Positions 16,765 to 25,477 of a DNA stretch of 64,000 bases are shown piece after piece. The translations under genes and the position numbers were made by a program. Numbering within the stretch: position 1 is the stretch's first letter; each line of letters starts with the position of its first letter. The notes below the pieces were generated by a model. It ran no database searches. It saw nothing but the letters and a program-made list of their open reading frames with translations, and was not told the origin of the DNA. The stretch comes from Myxococcales bacterium. GTDB lineage: Bacteria; Myxococcota; Myxococcia; Myxococcales; 40CM-4-68-19. The DNA is taken from assembly GCA_020201435.1 (NCBI GenBank), contig JAIVGS010000002.1, positions 8,529-72,528 on the forward strand. Direction: 5' to 3'.

Positions 16765-17130
16765 ATGGAGCTGGGCAGGCGCGAGCGGCAGATCATGGAC
16801 GCGGTCTATCGGCTGGGACGGGCCACGGTCGCGGAAGTGCGGGCGCAGCTCGCCGACCCGCCGACCTACTCGGCGGTCCGCGGCATGCTTCGTTGGCTGG
16901 AGGAGAAAGGGCAGCTCCGCCACGTTCAGGAAGGGGCGAAATACGTCTACATTCCGACCGTTGCACCTTCCAAGGCGCGGCGATCCGCGCTGCAGCGGCT
17001 GGTGCGGACGTTCTTCGGCGGGTCGACGCGCGAGGCGGTGGCGGCGCTGCTCGAGGATCGCCGGCTCGACCCGGAGGATCTCGATCGGCTGCGCGAGTTG
17101 ATCGACCACGCGCGCAAGGAGGGACGCTGA
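16765..17130 (+). CDS. BlaI/MecI/CopY family transcriptional repressor
   Basis: ORF 16726..17130, from M14. The sequence reads MELGRRERQIMDAVYRLGRATVAEVRAQLADPPTYSAVRGMLRWLEEKGQLRH...YIP. It is translationally coupled (TGATG) to the M56 protein. Confidence 0.85.
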   Translation: MELGRRERQIMDAVYRLGRATVAEVRAQLADPPTYSAVRGMLRWLEEKGQLRHVQEGAKYVYIPTVAPSKARRSALQRLVRTFFGGSTREAVAALLEDRRLDPEDLDRLRELIDHARKEGR

Positions 17131-19184
17131 TGGACGCCCTGCTGGTTCTTTGGTGGAAGGCGGCGGTGGTGCTCGCGGCGGGTGGGGCGGCAGCCGTCGT
17201 GGCCTGGCGGGCTTCGGCGGCGACGCGGCATCTGATCTGGACGGCGGCCCTGGCGGGCGCGCTGTTGTTGCCGGCGGCCATCGTCGTCCTGCCGTCGGTG
17301 CGCGTGGTCGCGCTGCCGGCGCGTCGGGCGAAGCCGGTCCCTTCGGTCGCGCGGATGCCGGTGCCCGTCGCGCCTGTCCGGGCCGTCGTGGCGCGGCCCC
17401 CGACGGTGAGCGAGGCTTTGGTGCCCGCCGCGCCTTTGAAGCGTGTTCGCCGGCCGATCGATTGGCGGCGCGTGGCGCCGTTCGTCTGGCTCGCGGGCGC
17501 GCTCGCGCTGCTCTTGCGCATCGCCGCCGGATCGCTGCAGCTGCGCGCGATGGGTCGGCGCGCGGTTGAGATCGTCGATCCGGCGTGGCGCCGGCTGCTG
17601 GTCGAGTCGGCCGCATGCCTCGGCGTGCGGGGGGAAGTGACGCTGCTCGAGAGCGCGGAGATCGAAGTGCCGGCGACCTGGGGATCGCTCCGTCCGGTCG
17701 TCGTCCTGCCGCCGGCGGCGTCGCGCTGGTCCGATGCGCAAAAGCGCGCGGTGCTGGTGCACGAGCTCGCGCACGTCGCCCGCCGCGACGCCGCCACGCA
17801 GCTGGTCGCGCGCGTCGCCTGCGCCGTCCACTGGGTGAATCCGCTCGCCTGGGCCGCGGCGGCGGCGATGCGGGCCGAGCGTGAGCGGGCATGCGACGAC
17901 TCCGTGCTCGAGGCCGGGGCGCGGCCGACTGACTACGCGACCAACCTGCTCGACGTCGCGCGCGCCGCGCTGCGCGACGGGGCGCCGGCCACTGCGCTGG
18001 CGATGGCGCGCCGGTCGCAGCTCGAAGGCCGGTTGCTGGCGGTGCTCGATCCGCGCCGTGACCGGCGGCCGCTGAGCGCGCGGCGCGCCATCGGAGTGGC
18101 GTGCGGGGCGGCGTGTCTGGTGTTGCCGCTCGCGGCGGTGCGCGCCGAGCGCGCGAGGGCACCCGAGCCCGTCATGGCGACCGTCCCGGAGCCGGAGCCG
18201 GCGGTCGCGCCCGAGCCGCTTCCCACGCCGTCGCCGGTCCGTCGCGCGCGGCGCGCGGTCGCGCAGTCGAGCGTCTCGGTGAGCTCGAGCAGCGGCGACG
18301 TGTACGCCCCGGTCCCGCCGACGCCGCCTTCCGCGCCCACGCCGCCGACGCCGCCTTCCGCGCCCACGCCTCCGACGCCGCCGACTCCACCGTCTCCGCC
18401 CTCGGCGCCGAGCGGCAACTTCAGCCAGCACATCGTTTCGAACGACGGCAGCAGGGTGTGGACCGCCGAGGCGCGGTTCCCGCGGCTCTATCGCGAGCAG
18501 GGCGCCCGCGGCGTGCTCGAGCAGGCCGGCAAGCTGCAGTCGGACTACGCCTTGCGGCGTTATCTGTCGCTGTTGATCGAGGCCGACCCGATGCAGGAGT
18601 CGACCGCGATCGCGGTGGTCGAGAGCGCGTCGCGGATGCACGGCGACTACGACCGCGCCGAGATCCTCAAGGCCGTGGCCGCCAGGGCACGGCTCGACAG
18701 CGACGCTGCGCGCGAGGCGTTCCTGCGCGCGTGCAACGGGATCTCCGGCGACTACGAGCATGCGCGCGTGCTGCACGTCCTCGCCGATCAGTCGACGCTT
18801 TCACCCGCGCTCACCCGCGGCGTGCTCGAGTCGGCCTCGACGATCCGCGGCGACTACGAGAAGTCGGGCCTGTTGATCGCTCTCGCCGGCCGCCATCCGG
18901 TCGATCCGTCCGAATACCTGCGTGCCGCGTCGACGCTCTCGGGGGATTACGAGCGCAGCCGGTCGCTGAAGGCGCTGATCGCGGCCCAGCGGTTGCCGGA
19001 GTCGTCGCAGGTCGACCTCATCCGCCAGGCGGCCCGACTCGGCGATTACGAATCGGCCGAGGTGCTGCTCGCGCTGGCGGCGAAACAGCCTCCCTCGGGC
19101 GAGGCGCTGCGCGAATACGAAAGTGCGGCCCGACGCCTGGGCGACTACTCGCGCCAGCGGGTGCTCGCCGCGCTGCACAAGTAG
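17130..19184 (+). CDS. BlaR1/MecR1-like M56 family membrane metalloprotease-sensor with a non-PBP C-terminal repeat domain
   Basis: This is the C-terminal 684 aa of ORF 16893..19184. It has N-terminal TM segments, the HELAHVARRD zinc motif, a Pro-rich linker, then about 7 repeats of ~33-36 aa each containing GDY[DE]. Confidence 0.8.
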   Translation: MDALLVLWWKAAVVLAAGGAAAVVAWRASAATRHLIWTAALAGALLLPAAIVVLPSVRVVALPARRAKPVPSVARMPVPVAPVRAVVARPPTVSEALVPAAPLKRVRRPIDWRRVAPFVWLAGALALLLRIAAGSLQLRAMGRRAVEIVDPAWRRLLVESAACLGVRGEVTLLESAEIEVPATWGSLRPVVVLPPAASRWSDAQKRAVLVHELAHVARRDAATQLVARVACAVHWVNPLAWAAAAAMRAERERACDDSVLEAGARPTDYATNLLDVARAALRDGAPATALAMARRSQLEGRLLAVLDPRRDRRPLSARRAIGVACGAACLVLPLAAVRAERARAPEPVMATVPEPEPAVAPEPLPTPSPVRRARRAVAQSSVSVSSSSGDVYAPVPPTPPSAPTPPTPPSAPTPPTPPTPPSPPSAPSGNFSQHIVSNDGSRVWTAEARFPRLYREQGARGVLEQAGKLQSDYALRRYLSLLIEADPMQESTAIAVVESASRMHGDYDRAEILKAVAARARLDSDAAREAFLRACNGISGDYEHARVLHVLADQSTLSPALTRGVLESASTIRGDYEKSGLLIALAGRHPVDPSEYLRAASTLSGDYERSRSLKALIAAQRLPESSQVDLIRQAARLGDYESAEVLLALAAKQPPSGEALREYESAARRLGDYSRQRVLAALHK
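18315..18368 (+). repeat. Perfect in-frame 27-bp tandem duplication (CCGCCGACGCCGCCTTCCGCGCCCACG x2) in the BlaR1-like linker
   Basis: Read directly. It encodes PPTPPSAPT twice and is followed by a degenerate third unit. Confidence 0.85.
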
Positions 19185-19194
19185 ATCCGCCGGG

Positions 19195-20091
19195 ATGACT
19201 CCGGGGATCTACCTCGTCCACAAGCCCGCCGGGCAGACCAGCTTTTCGCTGGTGCAGGCGTTCATGGAAGAAGTGCGCGCGTCGGGCCTGCGGCGCGACA
19301 AGCTGCCGGCCTGCCACGGCGGCGCGCTCGATCCGTTCGCCGATGGGCTGCTGCTCATCCTCGCGGGACAGGCGACGCGCCTGATGGATCTGCTGCACCC
19401 GATCCCCAAGACGTACGTCGCCGAGATCGCCTGGGGCAGCGAGACCGACAGCGGAGACTCTCTTGGCCAAATGACCAAATCGACCAAATCGCTTACGGTG
19501 ACCGAGCGGGACCTCACCGCCGCTCTGGAGCAGTTCGTCGGTTGGCGCGAGCAGGTCCCCCCGTCGACGAGCAACAAGCGCGTGGACGGTGAACGCGCGT
19601 ACCGGAAGGCGCACCGGGGGGAAACCGTCGTCCTGCCGCCTTCGCGCGTGTATCTCCACTCGGCGCGCTGGCGCTCGCACGACCTCCCCCGCGGCAGCGT
19701 GCTCGAGATCGTCACCGGCGGCGGGTACTACGTCCGCTCGCTCGCGCGGGACCTCGGGCGTGCCACTGGCGCATTTGGTCATTTGACCAAATTGCACCGG
19801 ACCGCGATCGGGCCGTGGTCCGATCCCCGGGACGGCCGCGAGCTGATCCGCGGCGCGCAGCTCTATCCCTGGTGTCCCTCGGTCGAGATCGACGAGCGCG
19901 AGCTGGCCCTCCTGCGCGGCGGCCGCGGCATCGAGCGCCGGCCGCCGACGGCGCCCGAGTGGAAATTGCCCGACGGTTTTCCCGACCCGCACGCGCCGCT
20001 TCGGGCGTTGATCGCCGGCCGGATCGTCGCCCTGCTGCGCGAGCGCGACGGCAAGCTGCACGCCGCGCCGGTCCTGCGCGGGCCGCTGTGA
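19195..20091 (+). CDS. truB: tRNA pseudouridine(55) synthase
   Basis: ORF 19123..20091, from M25. Motifs are GIYLVHKPAGQTSF, CHGGALDPFADGLLLIL (catalytic Asp), KTYVAEIAWG and VPPSTSNKRVDGERAY. Confidence 0.9.
   Translation: MTPGIYLVHKPAGQTSFSLVQAFMEEVRASGLRRDKLPACHGGALDPFADGLLLILAGQATRLMDLLHPIPKTYVAEIAWGSETDSGDSLGQMTKSTKSLTVTERDLTAALEQFVGWREQVPPSTSNKRVDGERAYRKAHRGETVVLPPSRVYLHSARWRSHDLPRGSVLEIVTGGGYYVRSLARDLGRATGAFGHLTKLHRTAIGPWSDPRDGRELIRGAQLYPWCPSVEIDERELALLRGGRGIERRPPTAPEWKLPDGFPDPHAPLRALIAGRIVALLRERDGKLHAAPVLRGPL
19463..19497. repeat. TTGGTCA-NN-TGACCAA family, long (35-nt) form: TTGGCCAAATGACCAAATCGACCAAATCGCTTACG
   Basis: Read directly, inside truB. It encodes LGQMTKSTKSLT. Confidence 0.85.
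19775..19790. repeat. TTGGTCA-NN-TGACCAA family copy (TTGGTCATTTGACCAA, exact)
   Basis: Read directly, inside truB. It encodes FGHLTK. Confidence 0.9.
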
Positions 20092-20092
20092 T

Positions 20093-20118
20093 CTGATTTG
20101 GTCAAATGACCAAATCAG
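20093..20118. repeat. 26-bp palindrome CTGATTTGGTCAAATGACCAAATCAG containing an exact family copy (20098-20113)
   Basis: Read directly. It starts 2 nt after the truB stop and contains the ligD stop codon (20115-20117) in its right arm. Confidence 0.9.
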
Positions 20119-21974
20119 AGGCCGGCGACCGCCGCGAGCGCCTGGGCCGTCAGCCGCTGGTGACTCTTCCAGTATTCCTTCCACGGGTCGGCGCGCAGCC
20201 GCGGCACCGTCTGTACGGTGAATTTCAGCGGATCGAGACGCGCCGACAGCTCGTCCCACGCGATCGGGACCGAAACCGGCGCGCCCGGCCGCGCCCGCGG
20301 CGAGTACGCCGCGATCGAGGTGTTGGTCCGGTTGTTGCGCAGGTAATCGATCAGGATCTTCTTCTCCCGCCCGGCCTTCGCGTACTCCGTGGTGTACGAC
20401 GCGCGATGCTGTCGCTCGACGGCCCGCGCCAGGTCGCGCGAAAAAGCGAGACAGTCGGTCCAGTCGCGCTCCGGAGCGAGCGGCACCACCACGTGCAACC
20501 CGCGGCCGCCGGTGGTCTTGACGAAGCTCTCGAGACCGAGGGCCCGCAGCGCCGACCGCAAGAGCCGCGCGCCCCCGACCACCTGGCGCCATCGCACCTC
20601 CGGACCCGGATCGAGATCGATCACGATTCGATCCGGCAGCTCGACCGCCTCGTCGCGCGTGTTCCAGGTATGGAACTCGATCACGTCCATCTGCACCAGC
20701 GCGAGCACCGCCTCGGGAGTATCGGCGATCAGGTACTCGCCGAGCTTCTTCTTCTCCTGAATCCGCACTCGCCGCAGGGCATCGGGGGCCCAAACCTTGG
20801 AGTGCTTCATGAACGTGCAGTCGTCGCCGATCGCGCCGGGGCAGCGCAGGAGCGTGAGCGGCCGCCCGCGCAGGTGCGGCAGCTCACGCTCGGCGACGCG
20901 GTCGTGATAGCGAGCCAGGTCGAGCTTGGAGAGGGCCTCCGCGGGAAAGACGACGCGCTCCGGATGGCTGAGCGAAATCCCGCGAACGGCGGGCCGCTCG
21001 CGGCCGACCTCGCGCGGCGCCTTGTCCTCGCGCAGTCCCTGAAAGGACGGATGGCGCAGGTTTCCGCCTTCGGTCCACTCGGTGAACATGACCTCCGCGA
21101 TCAACGCCGGTTTCACCCAGCGCGCGTTCCGCCCGAGCCAGCCCGGCGGCCGCTCGTCGAACGGGCACTCGCGCGTGCGCAGCGGCTCGAAGCGCGCGCG
21201 CAGCGACCGCGCCGCGGAGCGCGTGTAGCCGGTGCCGACCTTGCCCGCGAATCGAAGCTTGCCCGCCTCGTTCACGCCGACGAGCAGCGCCCCGATCGCC
21301 TTGCCGGGCTCGCGGGACGATTCGGTGAAACCGCCGACGACGAACTCCTGCCGGCGGACGCACTTCGTCTTGACCCACGCCGTGCTACGCCCCTCGTGGC
21401 GGGGAGAATCGAGCCGCTTGGAGACGATCCCTTCGAAACCGAGCCGGCAGGCCTCGCGAAGGACCGACGCGCCGCCGCCGAGCCAGTGCTGCGCGAGACG
21501 GACCATGCCGGTCCGCGGAACGGCTGCCGCGAGCGCGCGCGTGCGATCGCGCAGCGGCATGCGTGACAGATCGCGGCCGTCGAGCTCGAGCGCGTCGAAG
21601 ACGAAATAGACCAGCTCGCCGCGCCGGTCCCCGGCGATCCAGTTCTGCAGCGCCTGAAAGCTGGTGCGCCCATCGGCGAGGAGGACCGCGATCTCGCCGT
21701 CGAGGAGGGCGCTGGACACGGGAAGGCTGCGAGCGGCCGCCGCGACTTCGGGAAAATCACGCGTCCAGTCGTTCCCCTTGCGGCTCAGGAGCCGTACGCC
21801 GGCGCGCGCGACGCGGCATCCGATCCGGTACCCGTCGTACTTGATCTCGTGCAGCCAATCGTCGCCATCGGGAGGCGCCGGGACGAGCGTCGCGAGCTGC
21901 GGCCGGTACACGCTCACGTCGTTAGAGAGCCGGTGATGCTCGGTCGACGCCATTGCGGCAACATCGTCGTCCAA
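20115..21974 (-). CDS. ligD: Bifunctional LigD-type ATP-dependent DNA ligase + primase-polymerase (no phosphoesterase domain seen)
   Basis: ORF 20115..21974 (619 aa). The ligase motif is EIKYDGYR, with EGIVSKR. The C-terminal Pol domain has KTTGGRGLHVVVPL and LIDYLRNNRTNTSIAAYSPR. ATG 21953 is an alternative start. Confidence 0.85.
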   Translation of the reverse strand: MDDDVAAMASTEHHRLSNDVSVYRPQLATLVPAPPDGDDWLHEIKYDGYRIGCRVARAGVRLLSRKGNDWTRDFPEVAAAARSLPVSSALLDGEIAVLLADGRTSFQALQNWIAGDRRGELVYFVFDALELDGRDLSRMPLRDRTRALAAAVPRTGMVRLAQHWLGGGASVLREACRLGFEGIVSKRLDSPRHEGRSTAWVKTKCVRRQEFVVGGFTESSREPGKAIGALLVGVNEAGKLRFAGKVGTGYTRSAARSLRARFEPLRTRECPFDERPPGWLGRNARWVKPALIAEVMFTEWTEGGNLRHPSFQGLREDKAPREVGRERPAVRGISLSHPERVVFPAEALSKLDLARYHDRVAERELPHLRGRPLTLLRCPGAIGDDCTFMKHSKVWAPDALRRVRIQEKKKLGEYLIADTPEAVLALVQMDVIEFHTWNTRDEAVELPDRIVIDLDPGPEVRWRQVVGGARLLRSALRALGLESFVKTTGGRGLHVVVPLAPERDWTDCLAFSRDLARAVERQHRASYTTEYAKAGREKKILIDYLRNNRTNTSIAAYSPRARPGAPVSVPIAWDELSARLDPLKFTVQTVPRLRADPWKEYWKSHQRLTAQALAAVAGL

Positions 21975-21989
21975 CGCGTCAGCTCACCC

Positions 21990-23285
21990 TCACCATGGCC
22001 GCGCTTGCGCGGTCTCGCGGATGAAGGCCTCGAATCCCGCGCGATCCCGCGCGGCCTGCGCGATGCGCTGCACCGCCTCGCGCAGGTCGGCGATGCCGGT
22101 CGCGACCGAAAGGCGCAGAAACTGCTCCCGGTCGGCGCCGATGCGCCCGAACGACTTGCGGTCCAGCGTCGCCACACCGTGGCGCATGAGCAGGAACATC
22201 TGGAACAGCGTCACCGGTGTCGTGCGCGCGCGCTCGTCCTCGGGGAGCTCGCCGTGCGCGGCGAAGACGCCGAGCTTCTCACAGACCCCGCGCACGTTCG
22301 GCCAGACGTAGAACGCGCCCGGCGGCAGCGCGCAGCGGATCCCCTCGACGCGGCTGAGCCCCTCGACGACGAGGTCGCGCCGCTCGCGGAAGGAATCGAC
22401 CATCCGCTTCAGGGTCGGCGCGCGCAGCGGCGAGTCCAGCGCGACGCGCGCCGCTTCCTGGGTATACGCGGCAACGCACGAGAAGTAGTTGATGTTGAGG
22501 TTGCGGAAGACCTGCGCCTCCGCGACGGTCGGCAGGAGCGCCCAGCCGACGCGGCCGCCCGTCCAGGCGTAGCTCTTCGAGACGCCGGAGACGACGATCG
22601 TGCGCTCCGACATGCCCGGAAGCGCGGCGATCGATCGGTGTCCCCCGTCGAAGACGATGTCCTCGTAGATCTCGTCGGAAAAGACCCGGGCGCCCGGGGG
22701 AAGCCTGGTACGGAGGACTTCGGCGATGCCGTCCAGATCTTCCGGCGACGGAACGCCGCCGGTCGGATTGGAGGGGAAATTGAGATAGACCAGCCGCGTC
22801 CGCGGCGTGATCAGCCGCGCGAGATCCTCGGCGGCGAACGCGAAGCCGCGATCCTCGCGCAGGTAGAGCGGCACCGGCACCGCGTCGATGAAGCCGGTGA
22901 ACGACTCGTAGATCGGAAATCCGGGCGAGGGATAGATGATCTCGTCGCCCGGATTCGCATACGTCTGCTGCGCGAATCCGATCGGAACCTTCGCTCCCGG
23001 AAAGATCACCACGCGTTCGGGCGCGGCGTCGATGCCCTGCGCGCGCATGTGCCGTGCCACCGCGTCGCGCAGCGAGAGCACGCCCTGCGGCTCGCAGTAG
23101 TGCGTGTTGCCCGCGTCGAGCTGGCGCTTGATCTCGTCGCGGATGTGATCGGGCAAAGGAAAATCCGGCTCGCCGATGTTGCAGCGGATGACGCGCAGCC
23201 CGCGCGACTCTGCCTGCGCGATCATCGGCCCGAGCCGGAACGCATTCTCGGTGCCGAGGCGGGCAACGCGGTCTGCGTACATCAT
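21990..23285 (-). CDS. Pyridoxal-phosphate-dependent aminotransferase (class I/II)
   Basis: ORF 21990..23285 (431 aa). Motifs are NIGEPDFPLP, NFPSNPTGG and the SGVSKSYAWTGGRVGW Lys motif. Confidence 0.85.
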   Translation of the reverse strand: MMYADRVARLGTENAFRLGPMIAQAESRGLRVIRCNIGEPDFPLPDHIRDEIKRQLDAGNTHYCEPQGVLSLRDAVARHMRAQGIDAAPERVVIFPGAKVPIGFAQQTYANPGDEIIYPSPGFPIYESFTGFIDAVPVPLYLREDRGFAFAAEDLARLITPRTRLVYLNFPSNPTGGVPSPEDLDGIAEVLRTRLPPGARVFSDEIYEDIVFDGGHRSIAALPGMSERTIVVSGVSKSYAWTGGRVGWALLPTVAEAQVFRNLNINYFSCVAAYTQEAARVALDSPLRAPTLKRMVDSFRERRDLVVEGLSRVEGIRCALPPGAFYVWPNVRGVCEKLGVFAAHGELPEDERARTTPVTLFQMFLLMRHGVATLDRKSFGRIGADREQFLRLSVATGIADLREAVQRIAQAARDRAGFEAFIRETAQARPW

Positions 23286-24502
23286 CGGCTCCGGAACCGC
23301 GAAAGCACGGCGAGCACCTCGTCGATGTCCGACGCCGTATGATCGGCGGAAACCTGGAAGCGGATCAATTGTTCGCCCTTCGGGACCACCGGATAGTTGA
23401 GGCCGGTGGCGAGCACTCCGCTCTCACGCAGGAACCGCACCAGCGCGCGGGTGCGGTCGGTGTCGCGCACGAGGAGCGGGACGACCGGGTGCTGGCCGTC
23501 GATCGTCTCGTAGCCGAGGGTCTTGATGCCGTCCCGGAAGCGCCTGGTCATCTCGCGCAGGTGCGAGAGCAATCGCGCGCCGTTGCGGATGATCTCGAGC
23601 GCCGCGAGCGCGGCGGCGGCCTCGCCCGGCGCGATCGGATTGGAATAGATGTAGAAGGGGTTCTTCTCGCGCAGGTACCGGATCACGCTCCCGTCCGAGC
23701 AGATGTACCCGCCGTTGACGCCGATCGCCTTGCCGAGCGTGCCGACCAGGACGTCGGCGCGGCCGCCGGTGATCTCCTCGGTCCCGCGGCCGGTGGCGCC
23801 GAACGCACCGACGCCGTGGGAGTCGTCGACGACCAGCACCACGCCGCGAGCGAAGCGGCCGTCGAACCGGGCGACGATCTCCTGGATCCGATCTACCGGC
23901 GCGTGATCGCCCCGCATGCTGAAGACGCCGTCGGTGATGACGATCGCGCTGTCGCATTGTCCGACGCACTCCTCGAGCTGGTTTTGCAAGGCCTGCAGAT
24001 TCAGGTGCGGGTAGATCTTGCGCAGCTTGGCGCGCGCCAGCTTCATGCCGTTGACGATGCAGTTGTGGTTCAGCTCGTCGCTGATCAGCGCCGTCTCCGG
24101 TGTCGAGAGGCTGAAGAGGACTCCGGCCACCGCGGTGTACGCCGAGCCCGCTGCCATCGCCGCCGGCCGCGCGTGGAACTGGGCCAGGGCAGCCTCGAGC
24201 CGGACGTGAGGCTGGTACGTGCCGCTGATGAACCGCACCGCGCCGGGTCCGACTCCGTACGCGTGCGCCGCCGTCTCTTCCGCGCGCGCCAGCTCGGGAC
24301 GCAGGGTGAGCCCGAGGTAGGAGTTCGAGTTCATCCGGATGAACTCGCGATCGCCCTCACCCTCGAGGACGAAGCGCGGCCCGCGCCCTTCGCGCGCCGG
24401 TAGCACCTTCACCACGATCGATTCGGCGCCTTTCGCGGTGCCGGCGTTGTCGAGCTCGCGGAGCTGCGTTTCCAAATCCTGTACGAATTTCGCAAGCGGC
24501 AT
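23282..24502 (-). CDS. kbl: Glycine C-acetyltransferase (2-amino-3-ketobutyrate CoA ligase)
   Basis: ORF 23282..24502 (406 aa). It belongs to the alpha-oxoamine synthase family (NSNSYLGL, DDSHGVGAFGATGRG, GTLGKAIG). It is adjacent to the threonine dehydrogenase gene. Confidence 0.8.
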   Translation of the reverse strand: MPLAKFVQDLETQLRELDNAGTAKGAESIVVKVLPAREGRGPRFVLEGEGDREFIRMNSNSYLGLTLRPELARAEETAAHAYGVGPGAVRFISGTYQPHVRLEAALAQFHARPAAMAAGSAYTAVAGVLFSLSTPETALISDELNHNCIVNGMKLARAKLRKIYPHLNLQALQNQLEECVGQCDSAIVITDGVFSMRGDHAPVDRIQEIVARFDGRFARGVVLVVDDSHGVGAFGATGRGTEEITGGRADVLVGTLGKAIGVNGGYICSDGSVIRYLREKNPFYIYSNPIAPGEAAAALAALEIIRNGARLLSHLREMTRRFRDGIKTLGYETIDGQHPVVPLLVRDTDRTRALVRFLRESGVLATGLNYPVVPKGEQLIRFQVSADHTASDIDEVLAVLSRFRSR

Positions 24503-24527
24503 GTTGCAAAATCTCCTATATAAATAT

Positions 24528-25466
24528 TCACAAAAGCTGGCGCAGCATGTCCTCGGTCATCGCCGCAAGCGAATAGCGCGGCGACCACCGCCACTCCTCG
24601 CGCGCGGCCGAGTCGTCTAGCGTCTCGGGCCACGAGTCGGCGATCGACTGCCGGCGCGGATCGACGGCGTAGTCGATGCGGAAGTCGGGAATGTGCGCGC
24701 GGATCGAATCGGCCAGCTCGGCGGGCGTGAAGTCGATGGCGCCGAGGTTGTAGGCGTTCCGGTGCTTGAGCTTGCCGGGCTCCGCTTCCATCAGCTCGAT
24801 CATCGCGCGGATCGCGTCGGGCATGTACATCATCGGAAGCCGCGAATCGGCGCGCAGATAGCAGGTGTACTGCTTGTGCGCGATCGCCTGCCGGTAGATG
24901 TCGACCGCATAGTCGGTGGTGCCGCCCCCGGGATCGGTCTTGTAGGAGATCAATCCGGGAAAGCGCAGCCCGCGGGTGTCCATGCCGAAGCGGCGGTGGT
25001 AGTCGTCGCAGAGCAGCTCCCCGACGACTTTCGTGACACCGTACATGGTGGTCGGGCGCTGGATCGTGACTTGCGGCGTCTTCTTGCGCGGAGTCTCCGG
25101 ACCGAACGCGCCGATCGAGCTGGGAAAGAAGAGCGCGCAGCCGTATTGCCGACCGGCTTCGAGCATGTTGACGACTCCGTCGACATTCAGCTGCCAGGCC
25201 TGCAGCGGCCGCGTCTCGCCGACCGCGGACAGCAGCGCGGCGAGATGGAAGATGGTGTCGATGCGATGCATCTGCATCGCCCGGGTGATGTGGTGCGGGT
25301 TGAGGCAGTCGATGAACTCGAAGGGCCCGCTGTCGCGCAGCGCCGGATCGGAGGGGAGCTTGACGTCGCTCGCCACCACCGCGGAATCGCCGTAGCGCTG
25401 GCGGAGCGCGACCGTCAGCTCCGAGCCGATCTGTCCCACCGCTCCGGTGACCAGGATGCGTTTCAT
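24528..25466 (-). CDS. tdh: L-threonine 3-dehydrogenase, NAD-dependent epimerase/SDR type
   Basis: This is the C-terminal 312 aa of ORF 24528..26756. Motifs are MKRILVTGAVGQIGSEL, the YGVTKVVGE (YxxxK) motif and a GLISYKTDPGGGTTDYAV loop. It is paired with kbl. Confidence 0.8.
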   Translation of the reverse strand: MKRILVTGAVGQIGSELTVALRQRYGDSAVVASDVKLPSDPALRDSGPFEFIDCLNPHHITRAMQMHRIDTIFHLAALLSAVGETRPLQAWQLNVDGVVNMLEAGRQYGCALFFPSSIGAFGPETPRKKTPQVTIQRPTTMYGVTKVVGELLCDDYHRRFGMDTRGLRFPGLISYKTDPGGGTTDYAVDIYRQAIAHKQYTCYLRADSRLPMMYMPDAIRAMIELMEAEPGKLKHRNAYNLGAIDFTPAELADSIRAHIPDFRIDYAVDPRRQSIADSWPETLDDSAAREEWRWSPRYSLAAMTEDMLRQLL

Positions 25467-25477
25467 GGCGGCGCACT

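Noticed and set aside
20093-20118. The 26-bp palindrome considered as a classical Rho-independent terminator.
   Set aside because: The stem is A+T-rich with an effectively 2-4 nt loop and has no flanking T/U tract on either strand. A terminator function is possible but not supported by canonical features, so it is listed as a repeat.
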